A stretch of 64,000 bases of DNA, from the IMG/VR virus record IMGVR_UViG_3300026382_000010, positions 1 through 64,000 of that record; one strand, given 5' to 3'. The notes beneath the pieces are model-generated. The model ran no database searches. It saw only the letters and a program-made list of their open reading frames with translations, and had not been told where the DNA came from. Below are positions 9,228 to 17,357 of the stretch, one piece after another. Numbering within the stretch: position 1 is the first letter of the stretch; each line of letters starts with the position of its first letter. The stretch comes from a virus. The position numbers and the translations under genes are program-made.

Positions 9228-9674
9228 TTAGTTATATTCTTTATTACCTAATTGTCTATTTTCGATAGTTAGGTAATCTTTAGATATGAAATCAACAAAA
9301 TCTCTTTTAATTCTCACATAAGAATCACAAGTGATATCAAACGATAAATCAACCAGGAATTTGCGAATATTTGCATTTATGCGAATATTTGCAAATTCCG
9401 ATGAACTATCGATGTTATTACTTATTCCCATAAGCATCATTAGTAAGCAGATAATCAACAATAGAACGTATGATTCTCTTGTTTGAGATATCTTTAGATA
9501 TCTCAAATGAGAGAATCTTCTATTATTGCTTAATTTGCTAAAGGAATCGTAAGTTTGATAGATAAAGCTATAGAATAAGCTATTCTTATTTACGCAGATC
9601 ACGTTTTCGCACTTGTAATCCAATTGCTTGCATTGGTTTTCACATCTGGTTGGGATTTGTGAGAACTCCAACAT
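9228..9674 (-). CDS. Orphan ORF of atypical composition
   Basis: About 148 open codons, GGAGGTG RBS 7 nt before ATG 9674, no recognisable motif. Confidence 0.4.
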   Translation of the reverse strand: MLEFSQIPTRCENQCKQLDYKCENVICVNKNSLFYSFIYQTYDSFSKLSNNRRFSHLRYLKISQTRESYVLLLIICLLMMLMGISNNIDSSSEFANIRINANIRKFLVDLSFDITCDSYVRIKRDFVDFISKDYLTIENRQLGNKEYN

Positions 9675-9698
9675 TTGCAAACACCTCCAATGATTTTT

Positions 9699-10070
9699 TG
9701 ACGTCAGGCTGCACTCGTTTTTAAAAACGCAGGTGCAACGAGTATTATCTAGTGCAGCCCGGTCCGGTTCCTAAATATATTTAGCCGGATCGCGATCATA
9801 ATATGTTATTCGGCACGTCATGTTAGACATCTGGGAAAACTCGTTGAATTTATTGGTCTTGCAATCTGTTAACCTAAGGTTGTCTGAGTAACGTGAGGTT
9901 TTCCGTTAACCAGACGTTTCGATTTCGTGAAATCCAGCGAAAAACGTTGCAAAAATTGTGGCTTAAAACGCTTGACATTTCAGAGACGGCGTATAAATTT
10001 AAAAACAGTGCAGCCCGGTCCGGTAGCAGGTTCTCTTCGCAAAGAAGAGAACCGAGAAGGAGACAGGGCA
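9699..10070. ncRNA. GC-rich multi-stem structured element (candidate ncRNA or origin structure)
   Basis: Nested inverted repeats, an 18-bp direct repeat AGTGCAGCCCGGTCCGGT at 9751 and 10007, and TTGACA at 9972. Confidence 0.45.
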
Positions 10071-10137
10071 TCTACGTGTTGATTTTCTGAGTAAATAATC
10101 CCCAGAATCTACCAAATTTCAAGAATCCTTCCGAAAT

Positions 10138-10165
10138 TTGCTTTATCTTCCATGCAAAGTATAAA
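10138..10165 (+). promoter_or_regulatory. Sigma70-like promoter immediately left of the IS607 junction
   Basis: TTGCTT-16nt-TATAAA. Confidence 0.4.
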
Positions 10166-10273
10166 TCGGATTTTAACTTAACAAGTTTTAAAATATTTGA
10201 ATTTCCAAATAAAAGAATTTGCGTTAATTACACATGAATATTTTAAAACATATAAAAATGGAGGTATCTAATT

Positions 10274-10903
10274 GTGAAAGCTGCAGATGTAATGAGAATT
10301 TTGCAGATTAGTCGATCAACTCTCTGGCTTTATGTGAAACAAGGAAAAATCAGAGTCAGAAAGTTGCACAATGGTAGATACGATTATAATGATGAAGATG
10401 TCTGGAAACTTGCTGGTAAATGTAAGGAAAGAATGAATGTGATTTATGCAAGAGTTTCTACTCATAGCCAAAAAACCAGTTTAGAGAGTCAAGTTAAGCA
10501 ATGCGAGGAATACTGTAGAGCTAATGGGTTAACTGTACATAAAGTTTTTAAAGATATCGGATCTGGTATTGACTTTGAAAAGCGAAAACAGTTTATGCAA
10601 ATGTTTGAGTTAATCAAGCAATTCAAAGTTGATAAAGTAATTGTTACATACAAAGATCGCCTATCTCGTATTGGATTTGAATTTTTAAGAAAAGTTTTTG
10701 AATCATACGGTACTAAAATAGTAGTCATCAACGAGTCTAAGTATGATGATGAAAAACTTGCTGAAAAAGAAATCTTTCAAGAATTAATTTCAATTATTCA
10801 CTCTTTTGCAATGAGACTTTATAGCAATAGAAAAAAGAGACTGAAATTACAATATTGCGAAGAGGAGCTAAAGCATGAGCTCAAATGTGATAAAAGTACA
10901 TAA
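10274..10903 (+). CDS. tnpA: IS607 serine transposase
   Basis: N-terminal MerR-like HTH, IYARVST catalytic Ser, DIGSG, YKDRLSRIGF, IIHSFAMRLY. Confidence 0.95.
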   Translation: MKAADVMRILQISRSTLWLYVKQGKIRVRKLHNGRYDYNDEDVWKLAGKCKERMNVIYARVSTHSQKTSLESQVKQCEEYCRANGLTVHKVFKDIGSGIDFEKRKQFMQMFELIKQFKVDKVIVTYKDRLSRIGFEFLRKVFESYGTKIVVINESKYDDEKLAEKEIFQELISIIHSFAMRLYSNRKKRLKLQYCEEELKHELKCDKST

Positions 10904-12569
10904 AGCATTGAGGTTAACCTCAAAGTATGCAAATAAAGACAAAAAACAATTCATTTTTCAAATACTTGATGATGTCAAACGTATGAAAAACCAAATGTCT
11001 GAATTTATGTATAATCGAATTCATGAATTAGTTGAATGTTTGGAAAATAAAAAGAAGAAAAGTCAATTTATTGGTAATTACAAACAATGGAAACACTCAG
11101 TTCTTCCAGCGCATACTATTCAAACTTTATTTTCCGATGTTATGACTTGCTATTTGAATCACATCAAGCAACTTATTAATAATGCGAAAAAGAAAATTCG
11201 CATTCAATCTAAACTAAATATTTCAAAAAGAAGTCAACGTATCTCTATTGAATTTAAGAAATCTCCTTTATGCAGATTAATATCGTATTTATTATCACTA
11301 TCCAACTTACAAGAATACACTTCTTTTTCACATGTAGAAGCCAAACTTATAAGCAAAGAGTTGCAAGAATTTTGGCAAAATCTCTCTTTCAAAAAGAAGA
11401 TGCTTGTTATAAATATTGTCAATAGCAAAATTCAGAGAATACTAAAAAGAATCAAACGTATTCAATTTACCTCTGGAAGCTTCAGATTAACCGCTTCTGG
11501 TTACTCTTACGAAATTGTGAAAGATGAAGATAATTCACTTTTCAAATACTTTTTAAAACTAGCTTTCAAATCTAAATCTATCTATCTTCCACTGCTTTTA
11601 GAAGATAATCCTAAAAACAAAAGAAGCAAAAAGTACTTTCAAAGAATACTTACTGGAAATTTAAAAAAGCAAATCTTTTTGATTGACCGAAGAAATTCTA
11701 CAAATAGTAAGAAACTCTTTTTTGTAGTAGTAAGCGAAGAAAATTTGACATTTCATGAATTTGGAAAATTTGTTGGATGCGATGTAAATCTAACATCTGA
11801 AAAGTTTCTTACATTCTCCAACGGATTTTCCGTTGAATTTGATAAAAGATTTCTCAAAGAATACCTCTCGTTTTTAGAAGAAATCGATAGAAAAGGATAT
11901 CGTAATCTGACTAAAGATGAAAAGAGAAAACTGAGAAAATATACAAAAAGAATTGAGTGGTATATTGAGTTTCTCATTGCAAATGTTATAAACAAACTCA
12001 AACAACTTGGATATACAGATATAGTACTTGAAGATTTAGATTTATTTAACAATGGAAAATTTTATGTTAATCTCTTTGGATACAAAATGAAACTCAATAG
12101 ATTTGTAAGATTTCTCAGACTAACTGGATTAAAGGAAAAATTCATTCGTATAGCTCATAACCGAGGAATTAGAGTACATTTAACACACTCCGCATATACT
12201 TCACAAATGTGTCCTTGTTGCGGACACATTTCTAAAAAGAATCGAAAAAGTCAATCTGAGTTTGTATGCGAAAAATGCGGTTTCCAATATGATGCTGATA
12301 GAATTGCTAGTGTAAATCTTTTACTAAGAATCAAACATAAAGAAATTTGCAAAAAACTTCATACTCAAACAAAGGATACTAAAGAATTCAGAGCAAAACC
12401 GATGACCTCTAGAAGTATTTTGTCAATCCTTGAAAAGTATTTTGATTTTATGACATTGTCTAAATTACTGGTACAGTTGGTAGATGTTCTACCAACTGAG
12501 TTTCTTGCTAGATACTTTCGACATAAACGTATGATTTTATGCGGGTTTCATCATGCGGTTTCCCGATAA
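10875..12569 (+). CDS. tnpB: TnpB RNA-guided RuvC nuclease, long form (564 aa)
   Basis: RuvC-I VGCDVN, RuvC-II VLEDL, Zn finger TSQMCPCCG...CEKCG, RuvC-III DADRIASVN. Confidence 0.92.
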   Translation: MSSNVIKVHKALRLTSKYANKDKKQFIFQILDDVKRMKNQMSEFMYNRIHELVECLENKKKKSQFIGNYKQWKHSVLPAHTIQTLFSDVMTCYLNHIKQLINNAKKKIRIQSKLNISKRSQRISIEFKKSPLCRLISYLLSLSNLQEYTSFSHVEAKLISKELQEFWQNLSFKKKMLVINIVNSKIQRILKRIKRIQFTSGSFRLTASGYSYEIVKDEDNSLFKYFLKLAFKSKSIYLPLLLEDNPKNKRSKKYFQRILTGNLKKQIFLIDRRNSTNSKKLFFVVVSEENLTFHEFGKFVGCDVNLTSEKFLTFSNGFSVEFDKRFLKEYLSFLEEIDRKGYRNLTKDEKRKLRKYTKRIEWYIEFLIANVINKLKQLGYTDIVLEDLDLFNNGKFYVNLFGYKMKLNRFVRFLRLTGLKEKFIRIAHNRGIRVHLTHSAYTSQMCPCCGHISKKNRKSQSEFVCEKCGFQYDADRIASVNLLLRIKHKEICKKLHTQTKDTKEFRAKPMTSRSILSILEKYFDFMTLSKLLVQLVDVLPTEFLARYFRHKRMILCGFHHAVSR

Positions 12570-12632
12570 TTTAATTTTCGAATGTTTTCGAATATTTCAA
12601 AATAAAAACCGGATGTCATAGTGATTCAAAAA
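12440..12632 (+). ncRNA. Putative TnpB omegaRNA (scaffold over tnpB 3' end and right end; guide from flank)
   Basis: Perfect 11-bp hairpin CAGTTGGTAGA-tgt-TCTACCAACTG (12474-12498) and CGGG/CCCG pairing near the stop; position as expected for TnpB systems. Boundaries approximate. Confidence 0.55.
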
Positions 12633-12655
12633 TACTAAAAGAAGGAGGCGTTATT

Positions 12656-12973
12656 ATGGAGTCTATTCACTGTGAAATCCTCGAAAACCTTTGTAATACT
12701 ACATGTAATCCTAAACTTGTAGACATTTTTCAGCTTTTAGAGGAATATCTGAAACCTTTTTCTAAAATCTACTACGGCATATCGCAATCCGAATTTACAA
12801 TTTACCATCCTAATTTCAAAATCACTATTCGTTGCATTTCTGAAGAACCTTTTGAATTTGTCCTCGATTATAACAACAAGGAGTTATTCAGCACTACTGA
12901 CATAAATAAAGTAATAGAATTTCTGGAGTATACTTTATTACCAGACTACGAAATGGGCTTTATCTCAGATTAG
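12656..12973 (+). CDS. Hypothetical protein
   Basis: 105 aa, AAGGAGG RBS. Confidence 0.7.
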   Translation: MESIHCEILENLCNTTCNPKLVDIFQLLEEYLKPFSKIYYGISQSEFTIYHPNFKITIRCISEEPFEFVLDYNNKELFSTTDINKVIEFLEYTLLPDYEMGFISD

Positions 12974-13054
12974 TCAATTTGCATAACATAATAATGCATC
13001 ACTGAGAGCTAAGATGTATTGCTAAACCTTTGAATAGCAAGGAGGATTAAGAAA

Positions 13055-14605
13055 ATGAATAAGTATCACCAGATTATCCACGAGTTTATTAAAAACACAG
13101 ATATTGCAAGAAATAATGCAAATTTCATCAGATCTCTCCCAGCTCTTGAACATGTAGTTGTCGGCGAGGTTATGAAAGACTATCTCTTTAATCAAATTTA
13201 CAAAGGGTTACCAGTTAGAGAGCATCACGAAACTGGTTGGACTTACCATCATCAAGCATTTAAATTATCACCTTACTGTATTGGACTCTCTGCAAAAGAT
13301 GTTGCATTTTATGGTTTGAAATCTAATGCTAAAAATGCTAGAAATGGTAAACCTCCAAAACGTCTCGAAACTCTTTTTATGCAATGTGCAAATTTAATTT
13401 GTTTGATTGCACAAGAAGTATCAGGTGCAACTTCATTAAATGACATTAGTACAGTTGCTGCAGGGTATTTATGGTATCTTGAAACAAATGGAATTAAAAC
13501 GTACACAGATTACGAGTTGATTAATATCTGGCAAGAATTTCTTTTCAACATAAATCTTCCATTTCGCTCAGGCAACTCTCCATTTAGTAATATAACTCTT
13601 GAGTTTGGAAAACCAAATAAAATTCTCGCAAAACACAATGTAATTTACGCTGGAAAATTACTTGATAAGACTTATTCTGAAATTCCAAGTGAGTATTTTG
13701 ATAGAATTAACGATGCATTTATTGAGGCAATGAAAATTGGTGATGGAAATGGAAATCCGTTTACATTTCCACTAATTACAGTAAATATCACAGAAGATTT
13801 TGATAGAAATAATCCAATTTGGAAAAAGCTACTTAGAGAATCAGAGTACTTCGGTGGATTTTATGTGCAAAACTATCTCAAAAAGCCATTTCTTGAATCT
13901 GAATATAAAAAATACAATCCAAATATGAGACCGTTTGATGAAGACATGATATATAGTAATTGTTGTAGAATGCTATTTAATGTCTCCACAGTTGAAGCAG
14001 TTACAGGAAGTAATCCTTTTCACTCTGGAGCAGGAGTTGGTGGAATAGGTGTATATGCAATAAACTTAAACAGACTCCTATTTCTTGCAAAAGACAATTT
14101 CGAGCTTTTGAAGGAGATGCTTTCCTATTTAATGGAAATTGGAGCAAAAGCATTACAGAGAAAAAGAAAATGGATTATGCAACACTATGAAGACTTATAT
14201 CCATATCTTTCATTTTATCAAAGAACAGATAAATCCCTCTTCAATATCTTTTCAATTGTAGGTGGACATGAAGGTATGGTTAATGCAGGATTCAAAGGAG
14301 GGCTTGCAAATCCTCAGGCAAAAGAATACGCTCACAAAATCTTACAATTCATTCATGAAAAACTTAATGAATTCATGGAAAGAGATAAGGTTTTATATTC
14401 ACTTGAATATGCTCCTTCAGAAAATGCCGCAGTAAAACTTGCACAAAAAGATTTACAATTTGCATATCAAATTGCTCAACTTATAAACAACAATCAAAAG
14501 TGTACTCTATTTCATGATGAAAAACTCAATGACTTTGTAAATAGAGCAATAGAAATCCATGGTGAAAAAATATTTGACATACCAGAGGGAGTAGTGCTAG
14601 AATGA
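13055..14605 (+). CDS. nrdD: Class III (anaerobic) ribonucleotide reductase, N-terminal part
   Basis: SPYC, QEVSGA, SPFSNITL, PFTFPLIT, SNCCR, INLNRL, APSE. Lacks the glycyl-radical C-terminus. Confidence 0.92.
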   Translation: MNKYHQIIHEFIKNTDIARNNANFIRSLPALEHVVVGEVMKDYLFNQIYKGLPVREHHETGWTYHHQAFKLSPYCIGLSAKDVAFYGLKSNAKNARNGKPPKRLETLFMQCANLICLIAQEVSGATSLNDISTVAAGYLWYLETNGIKTYTDYELINIWQEFLFNINLPFRSGNSPFSNITLEFGKPNKILAKHNVIYAGKLLDKTYSEIPSEYFDRINDAFIEAMKIGDGNGNPFTFPLITVNITEDFDRNNPIWKKLLRESEYFGGFYVQNYLKKPFLESEYKKYNPNMRPFDEDMIYSNCCRMLFNVSTVEAVTGSNPFHSGAGVGGIGVYAINLNRLLFLAKDNFELLKEMLSYLMEIGAKALQRKRKWIMQHYEDLYPYLSFYQRTDKSLFNIFSIVGGHEGMVNAGFKGGLANPQAKEYAHKILQFIHEKLNEFMERDKVLYSLEYAPSENAAVKLAQKDLQFAYQIAQLINNNQKCTLFHDEKLNDFVNRAIEIHGEKIFDIPEGVVLE

Positions 14606-14688
14606 TAAGCAAAATTCTATTTGTATTGGGAGTTATAGTAGGTACACTATTTGCACTTTCGCAGATTTTATTTTCACGCAAAAAATAA
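14602..14688 (+). CDS. 28-aa single-TM microprotein
   Basis: ATGA overlap with nrdD-N stop, GAGGGAG RBS; MISKILFVLGVIVGTLFALSQILFSRKK. Confidence 0.55.
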   Translation: MISKILFVLGVIVGTLFALSQILFSRKK

Positions 14689-14712
14689 ATAGAAAAAGGG
14701 AGTATTATAGCT

Positions 14713-15411
14713 ATGTATTTGGATAAAGAAACGATTTTAGTTGCCGATTACATTGTAACTTATAAAGACGAACCAAATACTGCATCGCTTCTATTTCACA
14801 TTCCTGGTTTAATTTGCAATCTAGATTGCTATAAATGTCACAACAAATATTTTTCAAAGCAAAACAAAAAACCTTATTACACTTACAATGAACTCAAGGA
14901 TATTTTAAAGAAAGCAAAACTTATGCAAATTGAGTCTATTATAATTTCAGGAGGAGAGCCAACTCTCCTCCTCTCTCCTTTAATTGAACTTCTGGAGTTT
15001 ATAAAGGATTTCGGTTTTAAATTTATCAGAATTGATACAAATGGTACAAAACCTGATGCAGTAAAGTATTTACTTGAAAAAGCGCTTGTAACTCATTTTG
15101 CAATTGATGTAAAGATTCCACTGGATGTAGAAAATAGTCGATGGCATGAAAATTTAGAATTATGGGATCAAGTTTTATTTTCAGGTAAAAAGAAATTTAG
15201 TGAAGTAATCGAATATACAATAAATCTTAAGCAAACCTTTGAATATCTTAGGCTAGCAAAAAACTTGCTAAAACGAAGAATTCTATTGAGAACTGTAAAA
15301 TACCCCCAATATACCCCACATATTCTAGATTGGATATATCAGAATATTACCGAACTTGAATTTCCATATGAATATCAGGTTAATCAGTTTTATGAACCAG
15401 AAAAACTTTAA
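14713..15411 (+). CDS. nrdG: Anaerobic RNR activating radical SAM enzyme
   Basis: CNLDCYKCHN, ISGGEPTL, IDTNGT, AIDVK; lies between the nrdD halves. Confidence 0.88.
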   Translation: MYLDKETILVADYIVTYKDEPNTASLLFHIPGLICNLDCYKCHNKYFSKQNKKPYYTYNELKDILKKAKLMQIESIIISGGEPTLLLSPLIELLEFIKDFGFKFIRIDTNGTKPDAVKYLLEKALVTHFAIDVKIPLDVENSRWHENLELWDQVLFSGKKKFSEVIEYTINLKQTFEYLRLAKNLLKRRILLRTVKYPQYTPHILDWIYQNITELEFPYEYQVNQFYEPEKL

Positions 15412-15435
15412 GAAAATCAAGGAGGAAACGCAGAA

Positions 15436-15951
15436 ATGGTAAAGCCAAAAATGTTTGTATCAGGTTCTGTTGATGGACAAAGAGTATTCTTAACCTCTGG
15501 ATTTCAAGCGCCATCTTCAGCTCCATTATTTGAGCAAATAGATGTTGCAGCACATTTTCAATCTTACGCAACAGGTGGAGCAATTTTGCATCTTTTTACA
15601 GTTGAAAATTTAAGCGAGAAAGAACAAGAGGATTTAATCTTCAGAATATTTGAAAACTTCCCAGTGCAATATATGACTAAAACTCCATTTTTAACTGTAT
15701 GCAACGAATGTGGACATAAAGCTGTAGGATTACATCATGTATGCCCAAATTGTAGAGGAACAGATGTTACGCTCTACTCTAGGCCAATTGGATATTTTAG
15801 ACCAGTATTAAGAAAAGAAATATCTGCAGACTTATCTGATGCTCGCTTTAAATTCTGGCTTGACGGTAGAATTGAAGATTTTAGAACCAGATACAGAGTA
15901 AGTAAAAAAGACGTTGAAAGTATTGTTGAAGAACTCTCTTCTATCTCCTAA
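15436..15951 (+). CDS. nrdD: Class III RNR, C-terminal part (Zn ribbon + glycyl-radical loop)
   Basis: FLTSG, ATGGAILH, TPFLTVCNECG..CPNC, YSRPIGYFRPV; own AAGGAGG RBS. Confidence 0.92.
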   Translation: MVKPKMFVSGSVDGQRVFLTSGFQAPSSAPLFEQIDVAAHFQSYATGGAILHLFTVENLSEKEQEDLIFRIFENFPVQYMTKTPFLTVCNECGHKAVGLHHVCPNCRGTDVTLYSRPIGYFRPVLRKEISADLSDARFKFWLDGRIEDFRTRYRVSKKDVESIVEELSSIS

Positions 15952-15961
15952 GTCAACGAGT

Positions 15962-15999
15962 AAAAAAGGATCCTCCCCGAAAAGGGGAGGATCCTTTTT
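15962..15999. terminator. Bidirectional terminator
   Basis: AAAAAGGATCCTCCCC-gaaaa-GGGGAGGATCCTTTTT between convergent genes. Confidence 0.92.
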
Positions 16000-16005
16000 G
16001 TCTTG

Positions 16006-16383
16006 CTAAAATAGCGTAAGTAAACTCAAAATACAGAAAATAGTATTTCCAACAAGCGCTGCAAAGTATGTAAATGAATTTGGATAAACAAGTGCAATTG
16101 TGAGAAGCAAAATTTGTATAGAGATTAATGTAAGTGCAAGTTTTAGTTTTGTAAGCAGTTTTTGAAAACGAATCATACTGTTAAAACTTGCGTCTTGTAA
16201 GGTTTTAGTGTTCTTTTCAGTGATTTTTCTTAATAATGCTAATGCTTGTTTTAAATCCGAAATTTCGTGGTGTAAAGTATCTGTACTAGTTTCAACATGT
16301 TTTAAAGTACTATGAATCTGCGCAAGTAAGTCATTTTGAGATTCAATTAGACGATAAATACTTGGTTGGTTTTCGAAATTCAT
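16006..16383 (-). CDS. Coiled-coil protein with two C-terminal TM segments
   Basis: Heptad pattern followed by a hydrophobic C-terminus. Confidence 0.65.
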   Translation of the reverse strand: MNFENQPSIYRLIESQNDLLAQIHSTLKHVETSTDTLHHEISDLKQALALLRKITEKNTKTLQDASFNSMIRFQKLLTKLKLALTLISIQILLLTIALVYPNSFTYFAALVGNTIFCILSLLTLF

Positions 16384-17357
16384 GTCCCTCCTTCCTGTGC
16401 TGCTTTTTTAATACCTTCCTCAAATTTAGACAACCATTGGTCTAACATTTTCATAACAACGTCTTCCTCGTCCTTTAATTTTTTTGGGAGGAATAGAGGT
16501 TCTATCAGCATTTTAGAGATAACGGCTCCAAAAGTTTTCCAAGCAACATTTATAATAATTGCAACTAAATTTAGTTTAGCTTTTTGTAGCAGATAGATTA
16601 TTAGTTCGATGAGAATATCTAATCCTTCTACTGCAGTGTATGCATAAAGTGGCGATTGTTTTGGATTTGGTTCAGTAAAAATATTTCTTCCAAATTTTAA
16701 AACGTATTCTGCAACTGCACTATAAAGTATAGCATATTTTCCTAGTTCAGCCTGAGCCGATTTCTGTAACACACTACGTTTGTAGTACTCAAGCAACGTA
16801 TTAAAAATTTTACGTCCAATATATTGCAAGAAATATGCAAGTTCAAGTTTTAGCATACGTAATGTATGTAGAATTACATGTTCAGTTATAGTAGGAACCC
16901 ATGCAAAAGGAGCAATTATAGCTAAAGCTAAATCTCTAAATGCAATATCAAGGTAAGCATATTTTACTGCAAGCTCGATATCAGTTGTTTTATAGCGATT
17001 AAGTAGACGATTTTTGATTGGAGGTATTTTATCAACGAGTTTTGCAAGTAGTTTTAAGTATGTACGATAAAAGTCTTCAATTTTTTTACTTACTGCTAGA
17101 AGAAGGAGACATACAATGATAACGAATTTTTCAATGATATTTAGATCTGCCAAATATGAGGCAACGATGAGGGCTTTATCTAGACGTCCAAGTTTTTCGA
17201 TTTTCTTTTGTAGTTTTTGTAAACCTTCTTCTGTAGTCATCAATTTTCTGATTTCTTTAGATGTCCAACCTGCCAATTTTTTATCTCTTAACGCTTTGGC
17301 AATAACTTTACTAGATGTAAAACAAAAACGATTAAGTTTTAATAATGCTTCGCTCAT
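16380..17357 (-). CDS. Membrane-associated hypothetical protein
   Basis: 325 aa with several hydrophobic helices; coupled to neighbours. Confidence 0.65.
   Translation of the reverse strand: MSEALLKLNRFCFTSSKVIAKALRDKKLAGWTSKEIRKLMTTEEGLQKLQKKIEKLGRLDKALIVASYLADLNIIEKFVIIVCLLLLAVSKKIEDFYRTYLKLLAKLVDKIPPIKNRLLNRYKTTDIELAVKYAYLDIAFRDLALAIIAPFAWVPTITEHVILHTLRMLKLELAYFLQYIGRKIFNTLLEYYKRSVLQKSAQAELGKYAILYSAVAEYVLKFGRNIFTEPNPKQSPLYAYTAVEGLDILIELIIYLLQKAKLNLVAIIINVAWKTFGAVISKMLIEPLFLPKKLKDEEDVVMKMLDQWLSKFEEGIKKAAQEGGT

Larger units (their letters stand above)
10168..12612 (+). mobile_element. IS607-family element (tnpA + tnpB)
   Basis: Overlapping tnpA/tnpB. CGGAT at both putative junctions (10167-10171, 12610-12614). 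10-bp TTT(T/C)NRAATA-like direct repeats inside both ends (10186, 10202, 10241; 12575, 12585, 12595). Confidence 0.85.

Noticed and set aside
9737-9750. Rolling-circle nonanucleotide (AGTATTAT) in a stem-loop
   Set aside because: Imperfect match, not at a hairpin apex, and no HUH Rep in the window.
9874-10090. ORFs 9874..10071(-) and 9893..10090(+)
   Set aside because: Short, no RBS, overlap the structured GC island; likely chance ORFs.
9829-10270. Group I intron / IStron annotation
   Set aside because: P/Q/R-like words are present, but there is no S element or convincing P7, no interrupted host gene, and the IS left end maps well to 10168. Kept only as an alternative to test.
4062-12569. 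CRISPR-Cas system (Cas4-like nuclease plus Cas12f-sized RuvC protein)
   Set aside because: No repeat-spacer array or cas1/cas2 seen. The Cas4-like gene sits in a recombination operon and the RuvC gene overlaps an IS607 tnpA.
12981-13022. NrdR boxes upstream of nrdD
   Set aside because: Only about 11/16 match in AT-rich DNA, and the second box is weak with atypical spacing.
14713-15411. QueE assignment for the radical SAM gene
   Set aside because: Its position between the nrdD halves and the CxxCHN / AIDVK motifs fit NrdG, and QueE-type QGEG and SPK motifs are absent. A dual role cannot be excluded.
14400-15500. Split intein joining the NrdD halves
   Set aside because: No N-intein (C/S start, TxxH) at the end of the first ORF and no HN-C/S/T junction near the start of the second.
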